Assembly (NCBI GenBank): GCA_963514005.1
Contig: OY740807.1
Span: forward strand, 12,648,001 to 12,712,000
From: Raja brachyura
Taxonomy: Eukaryota
Length of the DNA: 64,000 nt
Direction: 5' to 3'
Positions 37,179-50,209 of this stretch are shown in pieces. The notes beneath the pieces were generated by a model that saw nothing but the letters and a program-made list of their open reading frames with translations, did not search any database and had not been told where the DNA came from. Made by a program: the position numbers and the translations under genes. Numbering within the stretch: position 1 is the first letter of the stretch; each line of letters opens with the position of its first letter.

Positions 37179-40100
37179 TGTTATGGTATATGTAATGTGT
37201 TTTTTTTCACGACTTAATAAAGTCTACGCATGTGTGAGGGTTTCCACACATGCGCAGGAGTGAGTTGTTTGAAAACTTGTCTCCGAACATGGTGGCAGCA
37301 GTGGTGCCTTAGAGAATTGTTTTTCTGCTGCAACCTGAGGTCCTGGCTAGAACGCCTGTTAAATGGCTAAGGACTAGCGAAATTGTCATGCGCTGTAGGA
37401 TGGGTGAGTGAGCAGCATTCAAGGCAAATAAAGTATTAAACCCGCTGCAATATGACATGACTACATGAATGGGCGTGTCAGACAGCCGTTCATCAGCAAG
37501 CTGAGTCAAGTGCTACGGACGAGGAGATGGGTGACCAGCAGCCTACGCAGCCAGCCAGCCATCAGTCGCACTCCACAGCACGCTGCGGGTCCGCTTCCTG
37601 TGAGCGGTATAAGGCTACTGACCCCATCGACTGTAAATCGAGGAGTGTTTGAGTTTTAGAAAACATGGCGTTGGATATGGGCAAACTGCAGCATAGTCGC
37701 TCAGCTAGACGGGCCAAACTTCAGCCTACCAGACGGTATTGTTTCTCCATACAATTGGCCTGTTGGGACTAGAGACTTGCGACAGTTTAGTGTTTGCCAA
37801 CGACGAGGAGAGCAGAGAACTGACCAAAATCATTCATGCATTCGAGAGCTACGCCATTGGCGAGAAGAATGAGACTTGTGAGCGATACCTCTTCAAGAGA
37901 CAGCAAGAAGTAGGTGTGAACTTTGAATCGTTTCTCGCTAGCCTGAGAACTAGCGAAGTACTGTATTTTCTGCCAGTGCATGACAGACGGCTTGCTCCGT
38001 GACAAGATCGTGCTGGGCATTAGGGACTCGCAGACGAGGAAATGTTTACTCCACGAAAGGAAGCTTGCACTCAGCGGATGTATCAACACCTGCAAGAGTG
38101 CCGAGACTGCTGAGTCGCATCTCCACGTTCCCAAATCTGCTGCTACTGTCCACAAAATCAGACAGCCGAGTGGCAAGAGGCGCAGCTGTGCGCAATCCAC
38201 ACGAGCAAGCAAAAGTGTGCAAGTATTGAGGCAAGGAGCATGCAATGGACAAACAGCAATGTCCAGCCTACAGACAGATGTACAAGGCATGTGGCAGTCG
38301 CAACCACTGCCAGAGTGTGTGGAAAGTGCACAAAGTGGACGACCAGGCCACAAGTGACATGAGCGTTAAGTTCATCAATAATGTCGCGCTTACAATTAAC
38401 AATATGCGGCCTAGAGATGTCTACGCATCGATGCTTGTCGCCGGGAAGCAGGTCTACTTCCAAGTGGACAGCAGAGTGAGCATGAACATCTTGCCATGCA
38501 CGATATTTACACGATGTTCACACTGCTCCCATGTCAAAAGAAGCTCATGAAGAAATCGTGTTGTCATGTGGTCTCCCCCCCTGTTTTGATAGCGATTTCC
38601 GTGCCTAATATCAAGCACCCGAAGGGCTGCCTGGAGTGGTGATTTGCGTCACAGACGACTTCCTCTTCCATGGTAAAGGTGAGGCGATGGAAGATGTGAT
38701 CATCAACCATGACTCAAAGTTCGAGCAGTTGCTTCAGCGATGTGTACAGCAACACATTAAACTCAACAGACAAGTCTGTCTTCAGAGCAACTGAGATACT
38801 CTTCTTTGGACATGTGATCATGACCGCAGGACTGCAACCAACAAAAAAGGTTGCAGATGTCGTCATCATGCCAGTATCCTCGGATGTACAGGGTGTGCAG
38901 AGGCTAGTTGGATTCATCAATTACCTGAGCTGTTTTCTACCCAGCCTGTCTGATACCCTTGAGGCCATCAGACAGCTGACAAGACCAGATATAATATGGG
39001 AGTGGTGTGCTGAGCAGGACAATGCGATGTCGAAGATCAGACAGATGGTGTCTGAAGCACCAATGTTAGCATACTACAATCCCAAGGAGGAGCTGACGAT
39101 TCGGTGTGATGCGACCAACAAGGGACTGGGAGCAGCCTTGCTCTAAAAGCATGTCCCATCACATATGCGAGCAGAGCAATAACCGACAAGAATCGCGATA
39201 TGCTTTGATTGAGAAGGAGATGCTTGCTGTGATATTCACAATGAAGTGTTATCATCAATACACATTTGGCCATTTCACCAGCGTGAGCAGCGATCACAAG
39301 CCGCTTGAAATGATAGCGAGGAAGCCGCTAATGAAAGCGCCAAAGCATCTCCAAGGTATACTACTCCACCTACAAAGCTATGATTTCGACATCAGCTACT
39401 GTCAGGGGAAGTTCGTGTATCTTGCAGATACACTGTCGTGTGCAGTTAGCGATACTCCGAGCAGACAGCAAGCATTCGAGGGGGTCAACATACTTTTTAA
39501 TTGGCAATGAGCGTCTCGAGCAAATTCGTGATGAAATGGCGAAAGAAGACGCGCTACAGATGCTGAAACTCGTCATCATCAGTGGTTGGCCTAGTGAATG
39601 CGATAAGCTACCGGAGCAGCTCGCATCTTATTACAGACATAGGGATGAGCTTGCAGTCCAAGATGGTTTGATCTTCAATGGCGAGCGTGTGATCATACCG
39701 ATAAGCTTACGCAGACGTGAAAGAAAAGATACATTCTTCACATCTGGGCATTGAGGGCTGCCTACGAGGAGCACGCGAATGCCTATTCTGGCCTGGCATG
39801 AGTAGCGACATCAAGCAGTATATTGCTGCATGTGATGTGTGCCGCACATATGAGGCGAGCCAGCAAAAAGAGTCGGTTATGAGCTACCGACTAGGCCGTC
39901 GGAGAAAATCTGCATAGATCTCTTCACATGGGACGGGAAAGATTATCTCGTCGCTGTCGACTACCATAGCAACTTTGGTGATGTAGACCGGCTGAGACAC
40001 GAACAGTCCAACCGTAATTCGCAAGTTGAAAGCTCATTTTGCCCGATACAGCAGTGCGGCACAAGTTATGAGCGATAATGGACCGCAGTACACATCGGTC

Positions 40101-40985
40101 GCATTTCACCAGTTCACGAGTGAATAGGATTTTGAGCACCTGTGTAGCAGTCCCGGTAAAAGCAAAGCGAACGAGAAAGCAGAATCAACCATCAAAACGG
40201 CAAAGTGAATCATGACTAAGAGCAACAAATCCCGATCTGACCCCTACTTGGTGATGTTGGATCATCGTAACATGCCTTTGTAAGGGCTGAGTGCGTCCCG
40301 CTCAGTGCCTCATGAATCATCGCACGCATACATTTCTGCCTACGACAGCAAGACTACTCGAAGCCAGAGTAATCTACAATCATGAACGCATGAAGCGGCG
40401 TGCTCAGCAGCAAACTGACAATTACAAGTCAGCTAAAGACCTTTCCCCACTTCACGGAGGCGACGGTGTGAATGCACCCCCTCGTACAAGTAAAGAAGAG
40501 TTGAGAGAAAACAATAGATAACACCGACCACAACTAACGTGACACAGGCGTTGAAACGGCAGCCAGCACCTACTGAAGAAGAAACAGCTACTGAGCAAAT
40601 TGACGACAATGACCTTGACATGACTAATAATGAAAACTCCTTCGGGTCGAGCTGTGAGCGCCAAAGTATCTCAGAGACTATGTGACACATTGATTTTATC
40701 GTAATCAATCAATTGTTATGTCTGCATGAGGTTGCAAGTATGATCCTACAAAAATAGGATAATGAGAAGGAAAGGAACTTTGACTTTAAAATAAAACGTG
40801 TTATTTTCTAACTTGGACAGATACATGCCAAGTGAGCATACATTGTACAACTCAGTTTTTCTGTTTTGGAAAAAGGAATGACAAAATGATATACGTAATG
40901 TTTGTTTAACGACTTGAAGTCCACGCTTGCACGGGGGTTCCCCGCATGTGCAGGAGTTGCTTCTTAGAAAACTTGTCTCTGAACA
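37179..40985 (+). mobile_element. Decayed Gypsy LTR retrotransposon with about 110-bp LTRs (37179-37289 and 40879-40985)
   Basis: AATAC 5-bp TSD on both sides; TG..CA LTRs; PBS TGGTGGCAGC at 37290; polypurine tract 40868-40878; gag (LRDKIVLGI), RT/RNase H (RYALIEKEMLA, SDHKPL) and integrase (HSSHLG...CDVC) remnants in Gypsy order. Confidence 0.92.
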
Positions 40986-41180
40986 AATACCAGGTAACAT
41001 TGAAGAATGATTTTGATTAATTAGTAGTTCAATTATTTGAATTGTCAATGAATTTTGAAGTGGGTACAGTAATGCATCTTAAATTTGAATTGAATCTACA
41101 TTTTAAATGTTAATATTCTTAGGATTTGTGATAAGCAAGGGAAGCACAATTAAATGTAAACTCATCCTGTTGTACGTTGA

Positions 41181-41397
41181 AGGGCTTGTCCCACCAGCAT
41201 GCGACTGCATGCGGTGAGCGCGACCTAACCTGGTCGCTTGAGCCGTACAGCCTCGCGGGGCCGGTCCCACTTCGATCGCCGGAGGCGTATGGAGTTGTGC
41301 GGGACTGGTCCCGATGTTGCCCGGGCTCCGAAAAGGCTGTACGCTTCAAGCCACCACGTTCGGTCGCATGCAGTCGCTTGCTGGTGGGACAGGCCCT
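41181..41397. mobile_element. Short Harbinger-type MITE of the same family as 8265-8816
   Basis: Same TIR and shared subterminal GCGCGACCTAAC..GTCGCTTGAGCCGT; TGA/TAA flanks. Confidence 0.85.
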
Positions 41398-41975
41398 TAA
41401 AGGACCCAGGACTTGTTGTTTTACAATTTGCTATTATTTACGGTATGTCTGTACATTGATTACTGTAACTGATAACGACCAGCTAATCTGTTTTGGTAAT
41501 GTTAGTTGAAGGCTAGGTATCAGCTCTGATACCCATGCAAACACCCCATGCGGCGATACTTTAATTAACATTCGTTCCCGCAATGAAAGTAGTGCAGCTG
41601 GTAGAACTTTCCTTGCAGCATCAGAAACCAGAGTTTGATCCTAACCTGGGATGCTATTTCTGTGGAGTTTGCTTTTTCTCCCAGAGATCGTGTGGGTTTC
41701 ATCCCGATGCTAATTTCAATATAATTTCCTCCCACATTCCAAAGATGTGCAGGTTTGGAAGTTAATTGGCAAGTGTGACATTGCTCTGGATGTGTTGGGA
41801 ATGGGTGAGAAAGTGGGATAACATAGAACTAGTGTGAAGGGGTGATCAATGGTCATCATGGACTCGGTGGACCCTAAGGCCCTGTTTCCATGCTGTATAA
41901 CTTGTTTTTTTATAAAAAGCAATACATTCAAATTATAATTTCAAGTCTTGTTTTATTTTTTATTTTGCTTTAAAG

Positions 41976-42038
41976 GATTACTCCACATCGACCTGTGCTG
42001 GATATACGGCAGAGGCTAAAGAAAGTAAATATAGAAAG
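41976..42038 (+). CDS. PRR11: PRR11 coding exon 8 (63 nt)
   Basis: Phase 2-2; ITPHRPVLDIRQRLKKVNIER resembles TP...DLRKLLRKVDVER. Confidence 0.87.
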
Positions 42039-44022
42039 GTAATAGACAATAGGTGGCTTTTTTCTATTTTTGAGGACGAATGCTTGTATTAATTGGAGTG
42101 GTGCCATTGATAATTTCAAATAATGATAACCTGCACATATGACGATAATTTGATCAGACTTGTACTGCTGAGTGAATGTCTCTAACAAAGAAATGTAGCT
42201 TAAAGCTCTCTAGATGACTCTCAGTATTACAGCCATCACCCAGTTCTACAGCATCAATATCCTGGGACATGGCTTTCACCTGCAAATGTAAGATGACAAT
42301 CAAATTGAGGGATATGTATTCGATTGCAAATGACTTTGCTCTCAGCTTCCTGAAAATGTTCCCCACTTTCTAGGGCCTGGGGTGGTGGGGGGGGGGCGAA
42401 GAAAGGAAGAGAGGGTGTTAGTGGGTCATAAATGTGTTACTCTTCTAATTATTGAGAGACGTGCTTAATTTTCCCACTTTACTAACAATCTGCAGCCCTT
42501 TTTCCCCATTCAGGATTGCATCTAATAGGCTGTATGTTGAGACACAGCTCCCACCTGAACACAAAAATAAAGGGTACTGGAACAGGTCATCTGGTCTTTC
42601 AAGCCTGCCCTGTCATGAAATATGATTTACTAGAATGTTGCCTGGGTTCCAGTAACTAAGTTACAGAGAAAGGTTGAACAAGTTAGGTCTTTATTCTTTG
42701 GAGTACAGAAGGTTAAGGAGGGGGACTTGATTGAGGTCTTTAACATGATGAAAGGGATAGACAGAGTTGATGTGGATAAGCTTTTCCCATTGAGGGTAGG
42801 GGAGATTCAAACAAGAGGGCATGACATGAGAATTAAGGGACAGAAGTTTAGGGGTAACATGAGGGGGAACTTCTTTACTCAGAGTGGTGGCTGTGTGGAA
42901 TGATCTACCAGCAGAAGTGGTGGAGGCAGGATCGATTTTAACATTTAAAAGTAAAGTGGATAGGTATATGGACGGGAAGTGAGGGGTATGGTCTGGGTGC
43001 AGGTAGATGGGACTAAGGGAAAATAAATGGTCAGCACGGACTGGAAGGGCCGAGAAGGCCTGTTTCTGTGCTGTAATTGTTATATGGTTATTATCATGGT
43101 TAATCAATACAGGTGTCAATACCTCTTCTATGTCATTTTTGCATACCCTTCTATCAAATATAAATCCATGTCCACTTTAAATGCTTCTAATGATCTGGCT
43201 CTCACTGCCCACTCGGGCAGGGAATTCCAAAGATTTGCTACCATCTGCAAGAAGAAATTCCCATGTACTTCAGTTTTACATGACTGGCCTCAAGTTGCGT
43301 CTCCTTATTTAAGACCTGACCATGAGTGAAGACATTCTAACACCTCCCTCGTCAAGCACCCTTTAGAATAATTTTAGCTACTCTTCCTATTCTCATGCCA
43401 TCTCCACTGCCAGAGCAAGGTCACACGCAAACTACAGGAGCAGATCATCAAATTCTGCTTGGCAGCTTATAATTCAACAGTATGATCATTGAATTCTTCA
43501 ACCCCTCCCCTCCCACTGCCCCATCCACCTATATACCCTCCTCTGCCTTTATCTCGCTATTCTCTCTTTATTCTTCTCATCTCCAACCTTTGACACGTAC
43601 TCCACCTTGACACTTAGCTTGTCTACAGTTTCTTGTCTCTCCTTTTGGATCCTGCATGTTTCAATGGGTTGTTCATTTACAATTTCATTTTTCTAAAACA
43701 TTTTGACTGTTTTTGCTCCTCCCAAACTAGTAAAATCCAAATCCTGTTTACGTTGGTAGGTGCTGAAATCAGCCTGAATGTGATTAAATAACTTATGCCC
43801 AAAGCATTTTCCAGTGTGTGAACCAGTTACAAAAAGCAAAGTCTGTGAACAAGGTTCACCATTTTACAACACATTTATTAAAACTGCTGTTCAGCACCTT
43901 GTACTAATTGAAACCTTGTTGTGAAAATGATATAGCTTGCTGCTGAATAATAGATGCTTGTGTATTTTGAGATGTTGAGTGTTACTGTATGATTGCTTAA
44001 CCTAAAAGGTGCTTGGTTATAG

Positions 44023-44116
44023 GAGCCCTGGTGGAACACCCCTCCACAAGGAGAGCAAAGATACTGCGACAGGATTGACACCAGTTATGACCCAAGCATT
44101 AAGACGGAAATTTGAG
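44023..44116 (+). CDS. PRR11: PRR11 coding exon 9 (94 nt)
   Basis: [31 protein letters not shown] contains the highly conserved SPGGTP and [14 protein letters not shown] motifs. Confidence 0.95.
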
Positions 44117-45829
44117 GTAAATTAACTGAAGCATTTGGTTTAAATTGTCTTCCTCCAGCATTTTGGCAACATTAAATATTTTTTTAACAAAACAAAATTC
44201 CCTGAAGTATTTTGAAGGGTTTTTTCCATTCTAACTTTTGTCTTGAGGGCATTGACCCTCTGGTGGTGTAGTTTTGTGGTTGCTCTAGAGATGGTGATTG
44301 CCATTAGTCTCTACCTGCCAGGATATCCTTCTCATTCTGTGTCCCATCAGTCAATGACCAGCCTCTCTCACTTGGGTTACACAAAAAGCTGGAGAAACTC
44401 AGTGGGTGCAGCAGCATCTAAGGAGCGAAGGAGATAGGTGACGTTTCGGGTCAAGACCCTTCTTCCTCAACACAACACACAACAGCCTCTCTCACTTGTC
44501 CATCAACCCAGAGTTAAAAACTAACTAGATGGTCTGGAGTGTGCATCATTGGTGCTCCTTTTTTGCTGCTTTTCCTTAAACACTAGTTTTGAACAAAATG
44601 CATGCTAACATTCCTTGTGCAAGGCATTTTATTTTTTTTAAGCAAATTGTATCTATTTGATGTAATACCCACAAAATGTACAGTATTTCCTCCCAAACTA
44701 CTGCTACTGTTAGCATTTCCTACACACGTCTTTGCTATATTCCTGATTCTACTCAATCCAAGCTTCCCCATGACTTGGTGAAATGTCAATACACTTTCAG
44801 TTTACAATAAAGTAAACTTAAAATTTGTTTTCTTGCTGATCTGCATCTGTGCATCAAATCACTTTTGAACTGCCTATGAACCCTGGAGTATCCATTGTAG
44901 TGAAGAAAGAAATGGTAAAATATTTTTCACTTACAACCATAGACCACTTGGCCTATCTGTTTTATATGATAAACCTATCAATCTCATGTCCATTAACTTC
45001 ATCTGATTCGCCACCTACACTCAATTTACAGTGGTGAATTAACCCACCAACTAACCCCTCCTAATTCTGGTTTCTTTGCCCAATTCGGAGTTATCATAAA
45101 GATCATTTTGTTGTTGGTCCTGACGTATGTCCTTGTGAGCCCCCGGATACCCTAATGTCTCTGGAGAGTAGATAAATGGACATTGTTATTGCTTTAGAAA
45201 ATTGTTCACCCTCTACGTAATTTGGCTCTTCATTAGCTGCACTTCACAAGACAATTTGAGTTTATTTGGCATCCTACATTGAGAAATATATTAATAATAT
45301 AGCATCAGTATTAAGGTCCTCTGCAGAAAAAAAAAATTAAATGTGTACTTTGTATCCTGACCATAACCCACATGGGTCTATCAAGAGTGGATTGTAATTC
45401 TGCTGCTGGAATGCATTTCCAATTGAAGAGGGGAACCGCATGTAGTTTTATAATTGGCTTGATTACTTGCCCTTATGACAGATGGGCCGCTGGTTGGCCT
45501 CAAACTTGGTCGTGGAGTTGTACAACATGAACAAAACCCTTTTTGCCCCAATTGTCTATGCTGACCAAGATGTCTTTCTGAGCTGATGCCATTTGTTTAT
45601 GCTTGGCCCACACCCCTCGGAACCTTTTCTATCCATGAATCTGTCTATTAAACATAGTAATTGTACCCACTTCTACTGCCTTACCTGGCAGCTCCATCCA
45701 TCTACCTTCCACCCTCTGGGGGGGAAAAAAGTAGCCCCCTTTTTAAACCTCCTTCAGTGTATGACTTCTAGTTTTAAACTCCCCTCGTATCTATTCCCCT
45801 CATGATTTTGTAATTCTTTTTATACAGTC

Positions 45830-46122
45830 TTTAGTTTAGAGATACAGCGCGGAAACAGGCCCACCGGATCCGCGCTGACCAGCAATGAACGCATATTAAC
45901 ATTATCGTGCACACTAGGGACAATTTACATGTACACAAAGCCAATTAACCTACATACCTGTACGTCTTTGGAGTGTGGGGGAAACCAAAGATGTCTGAGA
46001 AAACCCAAACTGTCACGGGAAAACGTACAAGCTCCATACAGGCAATGCCCATAGTCAGGATTGAACCCGGGTCTCCAGCGCTGCAAGCGATGTAAGACAG
46101 CAACTCTACCGCTGTGCTGCCC
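45830..46122 (-). mobile_element. tRNA-derived SINE of the same family
   Basis: Reverse-complement similarity to 16138-16453. Confidence 0.85.
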
Positions 46123-46204
46123 AGAACTGTTAAACCTTGCAGATTTGTATAATCCATGATGTTGAGGTTACATTTGAATTAACAAGCTTTGACCTCTATT
46201 TCAG

Positions 46205-46279
46205 ATGGCTCATCCTAAAAGTCCTCCTCAATGCTGCTCCTCGCCAAACACCAGCTTTGATGAGCAACATGCTTGCTAA
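46205..46279 (+). CDS. PRR11: PRR11 last coding exon, with stop codon
   Basis: CAG acceptor; MAHPKSPPQCCSSPNTSFDEQHAC* resembles LAHPRSP...SFDEQN*; total CDS 1221 nt in frame. Confidence 0.92.
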   Translation: MAHPKSPPQCCSSPNTSFDEQHAC

Positions 46280-47668
46280 TTTTGCTTGTGCAATGTATTT
46301 TTTTAAATCAAATGACAAACCATGTAAATGTGTATACATTTAAATGTACTTTTTACGATGTTCAGACAAATAGATTATAGCTAATTATTTCATATGTACT
46401 TTTAACCATATTTGATAATTATTCATGGTCAGCCTGCAGTGTGTTAATCTTCAACGGTTAACTGATGTTCTTCACATTTACATGATTTGCACTACTCCAG
46501 AGAATGAATCTGCAGACTGCGAAAGGGGAAAAGGCTGGTCAGTCCCTACAGATCAAAATATTTATTTTTTTTGGGGGGGGGGCAAGAATGGTTCTACTTT
46601 TTAGATTGAACCTGCAATTTATAAATTGCTACTTTTACAGTTATATTTGACTTTTTTAATGTTTTTAAGACTATACATACCTCGTACTTTGTGTTCAATT
46701 ATTCACCGTTGGCTTTAATTCCAATTCCCCTGCATCTTTTTAAATGTTGGAGAAATCATTTTGGGGGAAATTGTTCATGATTTCTGGGGGGGGGCGGGGA
46801 AGGGGGGGGAAAGAGTCTAAAGTCTGTTTCCTTTGACATGTGTGTCCCAACTATTGGGGCTGATTTGAATGATCCCGATCATGGAACTAGCCCAGTTCAT
46901 GATTCAAGGACATTATGAATAGACCAATAATCAGCAAAACCTTCGAATATCAGAGCTTTACAACATTGCAAATGCTACAAGCTTACATTGACATGGTGTT
47001 GAAATTGGCACCTTGATAATTAGCAGGAATTAAGTAAACTGGACCTGGAGTAATTAGTAACTTGTATGAATTAAAGTGTTCAACTTTCTCTAGCACATAA
47101 ACACAAGTTTGATTTTTTTTTTTCCCTTCCTTTGGAAAAACAATGTCACTAGTATCATCTTTCACTTCACATTTTAATAACACTCCAGATGTCCATGGTT
47201 CACTTTTTTATACCAACCAGCTTTTGCATGGTGCTGTGCAAAAATCTCGCTATTCAGTTTTATTCCAACCAGTAGAAACCAAACATGTTAATTATTCTGT
47301 ATCAAGAATTATTGGGACACTCAAAATTAAGAATTTAAGGACCCCCCCCTTCCCCCCCCCGTAACTGCATTGGTGAGCTTTTATTACTTAATTTGAGATG
47401 AATGACATTTAACGAGTTTTACCAAACAAGAACAGTGTTGGTCATATTTCTGTTATCCCAATGTTGTGTGCATCTCGCTCATTTTGTGGGAACTCGTACG
47501 GAATTACCAAGTGAGAGAATTTTAATTTAAATGTTGCAATTTACTCAGTGCCATTCCTGTTTTGGTCATAAAAGACTGTAAAAAGAATTGGTTAAACTGT
47601 TGATAGTCATGTAATGCGATTTCTAACTTGTTTTCAAATTGCCATTGAGATTTTAACTGCGTGCAAGA

Positions 47669-47674
47669 AATAAA
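47669..47674 (+). terminator. Candidate PRR11 polyadenylation signal AATAAA (alternative ATTAAA at 47070)
   Basis: First AATAAA I found after the stop codon, at the end of a repeat-poor AU-rich stretch. Confidence 0.5.
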
Positions 47675-48179
47675 CTGGCTAATTTCATTCAAGCTACTTT
47701 ATTTGCAATGAAAAAGGCAATATCTTGGAGCTCTTAAAGATAGCGATGTCAAGGGATATTGGGAGAAGTCAGGAACGGGGTACTGATTGTTGATGAATGG
47801 TGGTGCTGGCTCGAAGGGAATGGCCTGCTCTTGTGTATTGTCTATCTTTAAATATCAATATTCTACAAGATGCCACACCATTCTGTCAATAGTTGAGCAA
47901 GCCTGTGTTACTGGAATTAATAGGAGTGCATCGTATGAACTGTCTTAAATAAATAAATAATAAATACATTTTCAGCCAAGACTTAAATTGTCAAAAGGCA
48001 CAAAGTACTGGGGTAACTGCGGGTCAGGCAACATATTTTGGGTCGGCACCCTTCAGTCTGAAGGGTTCCAACCTGAAATGTCATGTATCCATGTTCTCTC
48101 GATGTTGCTTGACCCACTGAGTTACTCCAGGACTTTTTTGTAAATCGGCATCTGCCGTTCCTTGTGTCTCTGATCTTAT

Positions 48180-49015
48180 CATATGACTGTCATATGTGCC
48201 AGCAATTGCACAATTAAATTCTTATCCACTGCAGCTTAAAAGGCCCATAAGTGCCGTAATGCAAATAGATATATATTCATCAATAATGCAATAAATCATT
48301 CATGCTCAGTAACCAAACCATAATGCAAAACCAAAGTCCATGGTGCAAGTGAAAGTACAGTCCATAGTAGGTCATAGTTGCTGAGGTTAATTTTGTCATG
48401 TTTGAGAGTCTAATGGTCGCTCGGAAGAAGTTATTCTTGAACCTGGAGATCAGTTTTCAGGCTCCTGTACCACCTTCCCAATAGTAGTAGCAAGTTGAGA
48501 CCATCGTGTGCGTCTTTGACATTAACTGTCTTTTTGAGGTAGTGCCTCCTGTAAATCCATCTCGTGGTGGGGCAGTCGGTCCCTATAATGGACTTGTCAA
48601 TGTCAACCACTCTCTGCAGCCTCTGTGTTCTTGGGTGTTCAAGCTGCTGAACCAGGCCATGATCCAACCAGTTGATATGTTCTCTGCTGTACACCTTTAA
48701 GTTTAAAAGCATATTTGACATACTGAAATCTCTTCAATCTTCTAAGAAAATTGAAGGATTGATGTGCTTTCTTTGTGATTGCGTCAGTGTGCTGAGCCCA
48801 GGACAAATGTTCAGAGATATGCATGCCCAGGAACTCAAGGTGTTGTCTCTCTCCATCACCATCCTGTCATGGAGCTGCACCTGGCTATGCATTCATTGGG
48901 ATAGAGTGAGCAGGGCAGGGGGCTGAGCACATTGCCTTGAGGTGCTCCTGTGTTGATGCTTATTGAGGAAGTGTTGTTGCCAATTTGTACTGATTGTAGT
49001 CTGCTGATGAGGAAG
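48180..49015 (-). mobile_element. Rex/Babar-type LINE 3' fragment
   Basis: HISEHLSWAQHTDAITKKAHQ...FLRRLK. Confidence 0.78.
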
Positions 49016-50209
49016 GCGTTTCCAAATCAAAATAAAATGCTAGAGTTTTAAAATTACAAAATGAAGCACTTTGAATCCAGATGTGTCGTGGATGTCTTTC
49101 ACAAAACTAGTCTTGTAAATTTGTTCAATTTAAAAACTACACCTCATCTATAACTAAATAGTGGTACTTTGACAAAGATATTAACCAAAAATCTGCCTGT
49201 TCCAAAGGTTGCACTGTTCCTAATAATTGTAAAGTTGAAATAGTTCTCAAAAGGTTACATTTTCAACTTTAAAAACATTTTATATTGACATTTTTTAGCA
49301 TTTGTCCATGTAATACATTTTAGCCTCTGGCTCGTATTGCAATGAATTGCTTCTATTTATTTAATAAACATTGAAAAATGAATAAATGTACTTTATTTAA
49401 TTGTGTGCCGTGGCAAATTGCTGATCTACCCAAAAATACAACTATGAATAATGTGGGAATCTCAAATGCTGATTTCTGTTGATCTAAACAACCTGCAGGC
49501 AGGAGTGCACATGTACAAGCTTTGTTGCATTTTATGTGCAACCTAATTGAACAAAGGGCCTCTATCCAAGCAACAATTGACACTGGTTTACCAGATTACA
49601 GGAATGGGGGATTTCGTATGCAAGATCAGAATGAAGAACTGCAGATACATTAAATCTTCTCTGCAGGAAGGAGGGTAAGTGTATATGATCAGGATGAGTT
49701 TACTTGCAGAGTAGCTTTACTTGCCATCCAATGGATAATGCAAGGAGTGGAAATTAGTCTTGAATTGTCATATGTACCCACAATGGTGCAATGAACCTTT
49801 GCAGCAACTTAACAGGCCCATAAACACAATACACACAACTAATTGATCAAAACTTTTGATATATTAACAGGTTCAAAGTGATGAGCAAGGGATGGAGTGT
49901 AGAGAATTTCCATTTTATACTGAACTTGGTGGAGATTTCCCATTTGTTGCTTGTAATGGTAGTGGAAACAATTAATTAGGAATTGCAAAGGAGGATTCTA
50001 CAGGCAATTGAGGGAGAGGGAAGGAAAAATAGCTGCGTGTGAATGGGTTGCTCTACAAAGAAATTATGGGTTAAACAAATACTGTACATTAATAATACCA
50101 GGGGAAGATAATATGTTTCTCAATGTTCTCTTTCAAGACGTGGAGGTGAACCAAACAGTGAACTCTGTTGAGGAAATATGCGGGAAGGAACTGCAGCTGC
50201 TGGTTTGAA

